Positions 58,362 through 64,000 of a DNA stretch of 64,000 nucleotides are shown piece by piece. Source of the DNA: Candidatus Bathyarchaeia archaeon (lineage in GTDB: Archaea; Thermoproteota; Bathyarchaeia; 40CM-2-53-6); contig JBEKVV010000004.1 of the NCBI GenBank assembly GCA_049513715.1, positions 1-64,000 on the forward strand. Direction: 5' to 3'. The translations under genes and the position numbers were made by a program. The first letter of the stretch is position 1. Every line of letters starts with the position of its first letter. The notes beneath the pieces were generated by a model. It saw nothing but the letters and a program-made list of their open reading frames with translations. It had not been told where the DNA came from and did not search any database.

Positions 58362-59465
58362 TCAAGAGACTGCTCGGCCGGTTTGACGTGAGAACTTGAT
58401 TCCCGGAGTCGCTTCAACTTTTCTTTGGAACTCTCTGGATCTCAGAACATTGAAGAACCCGCGAACATATGGGCTCCTAATCCTCTTCTCTACTAAGAAG
58501 TCGTACGATTCTTCTGCAATAGGAACAAAATCCAACTTCTCCTCGACAGCAATCGATGTCAAGCCGATCCCTACATCCGCTCGCCTTAACGTTACGGCGT
58601 CCGCGACTTCCTTGTGAGTCATCATCTCCGACTCGTATCCTCTTATTCGCTTCGTCAATGTCTCGAAATCAATGCTCTTCGTTCTTGCCAGGTCGTGCAG
58701 TTTTCTGTCCAACAGAATCCTTGTCCCCGATCCTAAGTTTCGGTTTGCGAGCTTCACGTCCCGTCGTAGAAGGTCGTCTATTCCTCTGATTCCTTTAGGA
58801 TTCCCCTTTCTCACCATCAGGCATTGCTGTCTCTTGTAGCCACGGATCAATACACACGAGCGCGATAATCCGAATTTTGAGAGGAGAGGTAGATTGTAGC
58901 TCGATTCCGTTTCATCGAGTATGTGTATACCCGCTACGTCAGCCTGCCTAAGCATCATAGCGGTAAGGCCTGCCCATGACCCGACATTGAGAATCTGGTA
59001 TTTCATTCTCGGATTGTCTTCATGCAACCAACGCAATGCCTCTTCCACTACCACGCAGTGGCTACCTATGAAGGATAAATTCGGGCGAGAGCCTTCCGCG
59101 AGGTGCGCGTAGGTTTCCAATAATGCCTTTCCTGTGATGAATTGGCGCACTTTGGAGTCGAGTTCTGAGTAGGCTTGAAGCAGCTGCTTCCCCTGAGTAG
59201 TCAATTCAGCTCTGCCGCCTTTGGCTCCCCCTCGCTCCGAATGCACGACTTTCTGGCCTACGGATCGCTCGATTTGAGCGATTGAATTCCACAGGAACGC
59301 GTAGGAGAGGCTCAGAGTGCGCGCAGCCTCTGAGAAACTCCCGGTTTGATCTACTGCTCTCAGCATCTGGGCTTCAAGCTCACCAATCACCTTTCGGCTT
59401 CCGAAGCCAAGAGAAACAGTATATGCGGGGTACAGCTTGAGGCCTTTCGTTAGACCTCTCTTCAC
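58362..59465 (-). CDS. ModE-type HTH regulator fused to MoeA-type PBP domain
   Basis: GSFSEAA..LSLSY, RGGAKGG.AELT, then GSHC, ADVAGIH, GNPKGI, NRNLGSGTR. Confidence 0.85.
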   Translation of the reverse strand: MKRGLTKGLKLYPAYTVSLGFGSRKVIGELEAQMLRAVDQTGSFSEAARTLSLSYAFLWNSIAQIERSVGQKVVHSERGGAKGGRAELTTQGKQLLQAYSELDSKVRQFITGKALLETYAHLAEGSRPNLSFIGSHCVVVEEALRWLHEDNPRMKYQILNVGSWAGLTAMMLRQADVAGIHILDETESSYNLPLLSKFGLSRSCVLIRGYKRQQCLMVRKGNPKGIRGIDDLLRRDVKLANRNLGSGTRILLDRKLHDLARTKSIDFETLTKRIRGYESEMMTHKEVADAVTLRRADVGIGLTSIAVEEKLDFVPIAEESYDFLVEKRIRSPYVRGFFNVLRSREFQRKVEATPGIKFSRQTGRAVS

Positions 59466-59484
59466 GCATACACCAGCCTAGTGT

Positions 59485-60198
59485 TCAGAATTGTAGTTCT
59501 CCATTTATGAATAGCTTCGTTCTTTCATCACGTGGGTTGGCAAAGAAACTGGCTGTTTCTCCTTCTTCAACTACGCGTCCTTGGTAGAGGTGGACTGCTC
59601 GGTGAGACAGGCGTCTTGCTTGTGGAAGATTGTGTGTGGTAAGTATGACAATCCGAGAGCGTGCCGCTTCCTTAATGCTCTGTTCGATGATCGTCGTGTT
59701 CGCGGGGTCGAGATTTGCTGTGGGTTCATCGATGAGAAGAACTGCTCTCTCGAGTGCCAGTGCTCGTGCTATGGCAACACGTTGTTGTTCGCCGCTCGAC
59801 AGTTTGCGGGCTTTCCGCTTTTCAAAGCCATCCAGGTTCACAATCGCTAGTGCTGATTTGACTTTCTCTGCAATATCTCGCCGGGGAATTTGATTGATCC
59901 GCAGGCCATACGCAATATTATCGTATACTCTTCCTCCGAGCATGATGCTCTTCTGAAATACCATCGTGCAATAGTTCCTGAGTTCCTCTGCTGTGACTCC
60001 TCTGGCGTCGATGAGGATTGTTCCCTTACTAGGTTCATCGAGCCCAGCAAGAAGCCTAAGCAGTGTAGTCTTTCCCGAACCGTTTACTCCTACTACTGCT
60101 GTGATGTTCTCAGACGGGGCTCTGACGCTGACTTGGCTTAGCGCCAGTAAACCATCATATGTCTTAGTTATGTTGAGGGTCTCAATATGCGAGGTCAT
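59485..60198 (-). CDS. tupC: Tungstate ABC ATPase
   Basis: GVNGSGKTT, LSSGEQQR, DEPTANLD, THNL.QA. Confidence 0.82.
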   Translation of the reverse strand: MTSHIETLNITKTYDGLLALSQVSVRAPSENITAVVGVNGSGKTTLLRLLAGLDEPSKGTILIDARGVTAEELRNYCTMVFQKSIMLGGRVYDNIAYGLRINQIPRRDIAEKVKSALAIVNLDGFEKRKARKLSSGEQQRVAIARALALERAVLLIDEPTANLDPANTTIIEQSIKEAARSRIVILTTHNLPQARRLSHRAVHLYQGRVVEEGETASFFANPRDERTKLFINGELQF

Positions 60199-60914
60199 CG
60201 CGATGGCCTCCTTGCAAGGCTGACTATGATGCTCAGGGACAACACGATACCTAGCAGGATAATGCTCAGTGCGATGCTGAGTGCGATTTCGCCCATTGCG
60301 GTTTGCAATGCTATTGCAGTAGTCAGCACACGCGTGACGTTTCGGATGTTACCGCCGAGCATCATCGCAACTCCCAACTCCGCGAAGGCTCTGTTGAAGG
60401 CAGCTAAAATCGCTAAGACCACTCCCCAGAACGCTTCCCGGAGAACAACGGCGTCGGTCTGGAGGCCTGAAGCCCCAAGGGTCCTTGCGAGTGTTCTTAC
60501 TTCAGGGTCGACGGATTCCAGTGCACTGGTAGTGAAGCTTACAATAATCGGAGTAACTAGTACGCATTGGCCAATTATGATGGCGTAGGGTGTGTAAAGT
60601 AGTTGAAAGTAGCCGAGCGGGCCGCTTCTTGAGAGCAGCAAGTACAGGTACAATCCTAAGGCGACTGTAGGTATCCCTATCAGAGCGTTGAAGAGGCCCT
60701 TCAAAGCTCGTTTTCCGGGGAGATTGCGAAACGCGAGAACCGCTGAAATCGGCATGCTCCAGATGCAGGAGAGCAGAGTCCCGCATATGGAAACGAATAG
60801 GGAAAGGGCGGTTATGGCGTATACTTCGGGGTCGCCTGAAAGTATCAGGTTGATGGCGCGGACTATGCCTTCAGTAATTGGGTCCAGTACGCCATCTTCC
60901 TCTCCGTGACCCAT
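60195..60914 (-). CDS. tupB: Tungstate ABC permease
   Basis: PTVALGL, LSRSGPLG, ELGVAMMLGGNI, TRVLTTAI. Confidence 0.85.
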   Translation of the reverse strand: MGHGEEDGVLDPITEGIVRAINLILSGDPEVYAITALSLFVSICGTLLSCIWSMPISAVLAFRNLPGKRALKGLFNALIGIPTVALGLYLYLLLSRSGPLGYFQLLYTPYAIIIGQCVLVTPIIVSFTTSALESVDPEVRTLARTLGASGLQTDAVVLREAFWGVVLAILAAFNRAFAELGVAMMLGGNIRNVTRVLTTAIALQTAMGEIALSIALSIILLGIVLSLSIIVSLARRPSR

Positions 60915-61963
60915 GCGGGCAATACGAGCAGTTGAGGCGCAGATCCTTGTGCTGGATATAGATCATCCGCCTGATAACGGAACTGTGGCGGGCACTCCGA
61001 ACCTTGGAAGAATGCGTAAGCTTTGATCCATCCGAGCAATGTCTGGTTGCTCTGGCTCTTGGCTAGTGGAATATAGGGTGCGAACAGGGCTTGGCCATAG
61101 TTGCTGACGCCGTAGTTAGCGAACAGTTGCTGGCCTTCATCTGAGACTAGGTATCGAATGAGTTGCATGGCGCCGGCGTAGTTGGCTTTGGTCATGTTGG
61201 CGTTGTTTGGGTTGTCAGCGATGGCGCTGTACACGTTGAGCATGCTCTTGCTTGCTCCGATGAGTAGCACGAGGTCGATGTTGTGATTGTTGAAATTCTG
61301 CAGGTATGTACCCATGTCTGAGAGGGTGTAGGCACGTTTCTGGTTGGCTAGCTGGAGCGTAGCCGTCATTCCACTGCCAGCCTCTAAGTACCATTTCTCT
61401 GTCCTAAGCTGCTTGACGTCTAGGCCTGCCGACTTCCACAGACTAACCTCTTTCGTATATGTTCCAGAGTTGTCTCCTCTGGAGGCCCAGACTGCTGTGC
61501 CGTTCAACCCAGCGGCCCTTAGCAGCTTCAATGCGTCTGTTGGTGATTTGCCCGCGATTCCAGCAGGATCCGTTGATGGTCCAACGATTATGAAGAAGTT
61601 GTAGGCTAGGATTTTGCGGTTGACTCCGTAGCTTCCGTTGAGGAATTGGTATTCGCTACTTGGGGCGTGCACGAAAATCATGTCCGCGTCACCTCGCATT
61701 GCCGTTTGGATTGCCAGCCCGGTGCCCTGGGAGATGAAGGAAACGTTCGTGCCCGGATACTTGGCCTCATAGCTTGTCTTGATTACGTCAAGAAAGCCGG
61801 TCTCGTACAAGCTGGTGGTTGAGGAGACGATCAGCCGAGCTTTCGGAGGCGTGCTAAGAGTTGAATACGCATATGCTGCCACTCCGATTGCGCAAACTGC
61901 AACAACAATTAGGATTGAAGCCTGAACCTTAGTCATAGCCGAGCGTGATAGATGTGGAGTCAT
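60863..61963 (-). CDS. tupA: Tungstate-binding protein
   Basis: STTSL..TG, GTG.A, VHAP, YN.F.IVGP, SRGDNSGT, YTLSD; start 61963 or 61936. Confidence 0.85.
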   Translation of the reverse strand: MTPHLSRSAMTKVQASILIVVAVCAIGVAAYAYSTLSTPPKARLIVSSTTSLYETGFLDVIKTSYEAKYPGTNVSFISQGTGLAIQTAMRGDADMIFVHAPSSEYQFLNGSYGVNRKILAYNFFIIVGPSTDPAGIAGKSPTDALKLLRAAGLNGTAVWASRGDNSGTYTKEVSLWKSAGLDVKQLRTEKWYLEAGSGMTATLQLANQKRAYTLSDMGTYLQNFNNHNIDLVLLIGASKSMLNVYSAIADNPNNANMTKANYAGAMQLIRYLVSDEGQQLFANYGVSNYGQALFAPYIPLAKSQSNQTLLGWIKAYAFFQGSECPPQFRYQADDLYPAQGSAPQLLVLPAWVTERKMAYWTQLLKA

Positions 61964-61972
61964 GGCCTGGAC

Positions 61973-61997
61973 AACGTATTCGTATGAATATAACGTT
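61973..61997 (-). promoter_or_regulatory. TATA-like element and overlapping ModE-box-like imperfect palindrome upstream of tupA
   Basis: Minus strand AACGTTATATTCATACGAATACGTT; CGTTATAT half-site and TTATA lie about 27-30 nt upstream of ATG 61963. Confidence 0.45.
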
Positions 61998-62258
61998 TTT
62001 TGCAAGAAATCAGCGTTAGGATTCTACTCTCTTCTATTGTCTGACGGTCTCCACTTGGAGAGGGGCGACTAGATCCTAGACCTGTTCAAATGTGCAACTC
62101 AAATTCAATCGCCACGAAGAATTCGCTCACGGTAATATCCAAAGGGTCATTCAAAGCCATGTGGCTCAAGCAGGCCACAGGTGTATCTGAATTCCAGAAC
62201 GCCGGCAGGGCTATCGGAATGTTGGGACCTTATGCTTTCTGAGAGGTCTAGCGGTATT

Positions 62259-63218
62259 TCATCCTTGAGTGAGCAGGTAGCTCTTGATGCGCTTCTCATC
62301 TAGGTTAATAATGGCCCCGCGGAGGATTCCTTCTCCGTACTCACTTCCAGGGTTCAAGCAGAGAGTTCGCCCGATTTTCACGAACCCGCGGGATTCGTGT
62401 ATGTGTCCGTGGATGCCTATGAGCGGCTGGTGTTTCTCTATTGCCTGCCTTACTGCGAGACTGCCTACGTGAACCATGCTCACGCTGCCTCCACCACCAC
62501 TAACTTTGGGCTTGAGTGTTTCGTCCAAGTCTGGAGCTAAATCAATTGGAGTGCCGTGCGGGGGGCAATGTAGGTTGAATATGCAGTTCTCCATCCTCTC
62601 AACCTTCGAGAGCATTCGATCCAAGATTTCGGCTAATTTTTCTTCGGTAGTTTCGCGAGGGCTATGCCACGGGGTCGTGTTCGTCCACGCCGTCGTAATC
62701 ATTTCGTGGACATCGTCCACCCGGACAACTTCATCCTCCGGATAGAGAACTATCGGTGATGACTTTAGCATCTCATCGATGTCGAATCGGTCGTCGTTTC
62801 CAGGGCTGATATAACACTTCACTTTGGAGTCTTTCAATCGTTCCTCTGCTATGGTTACCCATCGTTTCACCCCTTGTGCCATGACTTTCGTGAACAGTTC
62901 ATCAACAAGCTTTTTGTCACTTTCAAGTTTCTCCATCTCTGTAGGGTCCGTGAGGTATGGATAGTAGCCACTGTTGCGAATGTTTTTCTCTAAAGCTTCC
63001 CGTTCCTGCTGAGAATGCATCACAACTTTGCTGCCAACGAAATCCGAGGTGAATGAGCCGTCCCGCTGCTCGACTATCGGAACGATCATCTTCCCGGTAA
63101 TGTCGCCCCCAAGAATGATAGCATCCGGCTGATAGTATTTGGCCGCATTCAGAAACTTGAGGAAACAAACCTCAGAGCCGTGAACATCTGAAGTAAAGAA
63201 GAGGCGAGTGTTAGACAT
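62259..63218 (-). CDS. Calcineurin-like metallophosphoesterase
   Basis: SDVHG, GGDITGK, PGNDD, HCPP, HGHIHES, NPGSEY. Confidence 0.88.
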   Translation of the reverse strand: MSNTRLFFTSDVHGSEVCFLKFLNAAKYYQPDAIILGGDITGKMIVPIVEQRDGSFTSDFVGSKVVMHSQQEREALEKNIRNSGYYPYLTDPTEMEKLESDKKLVDELFTKVMAQGVKRWVTIAEERLKDSKVKCYISPGNDDRFDIDEMLKSSPIVLYPEDEVVRVDDVHEMITTAWTNTTPWHSPRETTEEKLAEILDRMLSKVERMENCIFNLHCPPHGTPIDLAPDLDETLKPKVSGGGGSVSMVHVGSLAVRQAIEKHQPLIGIHGHIHESRGFVKIGRTLCLNPGSEYGEGILRGAIINLDEKRIKSYLLTQG

Positions 63219-63435
63219 AGGCTCGCCTACAAGATTGAGACATTAATATTTTGACCTTGGTTATCTGTTGCTGGCGGGATGGAACCGAGAGGTAACCAAT
63301 AAGTACGTGACCCATGAAACTACGCATTCATCGAGTCGCTTGGAAATGTTGTCGTCATTGAGGAGAAATTCTTGAAGCGCTTGCCTCTATTTTTCGTTCG
63401 ACCCGCATGCGATTGAGAGTAAATGTGTGTGCGCG

Positions 63436-64000
63436 ATGACAGTATCTGAGAATCACCCACTCGAAGACGCTGGTAAGGAGGCTCTGAGAGTGATTCATGC
63501 GGCTGAGGCGAAGGGCGTACAACTACGACTCCTTGGAGGGTTAGCGATTAAGCTGCGCTGCGAAAGATCGGACGATCGCACTCTAAGTCGAAATTACGCT
63601 GATATCGACTTAGTGGGATATTCGAAGCAACGCAGGAACATCGTACGATTGTTTCCCGAAATCGGTTACAGCCCTCGAGACGTGTTCAACAAACTCCAAG
63701 CAGACCGATTGATCTTCCAAGACCTTGAACACAGAAGGCGGATTGATGTGTTCTTGGATCATATGAAGATGTGCCACAAGCTTGACTTCAAAGGCAGGCT
63801 GCACCTTCATCCAGTAACGATTCCACTGGCCGATCTATTGATGACCAAACTCCAGGTCGTCGAGACAACTGAGCGCGAAATCAAAGACACGATCACGTTG
63901 CTCATCGATCATCCTGTGGGAGAGATAGACGATGGTGATGTCATTAACGGGCGTTATATAGCCCAGGCTTGTGCGAACGATTGGGGAATCTTCAAGACAT
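63436..64000 (+). CDS. Nucleotidyltransferase-fold protein, 3'-truncated by the window edge (not in ORF track)
   Basis: MTVSENHP...LRLLGGLAI...RNYADIDLVG...RIDVFLD...DLLMTKLQ...NDWG; open to 64000. Confidence 0.7.
   Translation, partial: MTVSENHPLEDAGKEALRVIHAAEAKGVQLRLLGGLAIKLRCERSDDRTLSRNYADIDLVGYSKQRRNIVRLFPEIGYSPRDVFNKLQADRLIFQDLEHRRRIDVFLDHMKMCHKLDFKGRLHLHPVTIPLADLLMTKLQVVETTEREIKDTITLLIDHPVGEIDDGDVINGRYIAQACANDWGIFKT

Noticed and set aside
62006..62258. Possible Moco/Tuco riboswitch upstream of tupA
   Set aside because: No recognisable conserved motif, and a TATA-like element close to the start codon suggests a very short leader.

Overview
Archaeal chromosomal segment. Split glutamate synthase, archaeal PDO, MoeA1/MoeA2, TupABC, a thiolase/DUF35 pair and a PEF-CTERM-like anchor are compatible with a Bathyarchaeia-like lineage, but taxonomy is inferred only. 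From left to right: (1) the 5' part of a TnpB/Cas12f-like gene at the window edge; (2) an operon of ilvE-like aminotransferase, two-subunit CoA-transferase, thiolase, an HMG-CoA-synthase-like protein lacking its catalytic residues, and DUF35; (3) a ~16 kb amine/amino-acid cluster with four saccharopine-dehydrogenase-family paralogs, an OCD/mu-crystallin protein, a class III aminotransferase interrupted by one in-frame TGA, EamA, a PotABCD-type ABC importer and an M20 amidohydrolase; (4) a peptide-use cluster (DmpA, S9, OppABCDF, M14); (5) DtxR, ZIP, Lrp and a stand-alone membrane protein carrying both PmoC/AmoC-type copper motifs; (6) a three-gene split glutamate synthase; (7) housekeeping and redox genes, a 14-repeat surface beta-propeller and an orphan DNA methyltransferase; (8) a Mo/W cofactor and tungstate uptake locus with a ModE-HTH/PBP regulator; (9) a metallophosphoesterase divergent from a truncated nucleotidyltransferase-like gene. 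No rRNA, intact tRNA or CRISPR array was seen. All calls come from motif recognition by eye, with no database searches.
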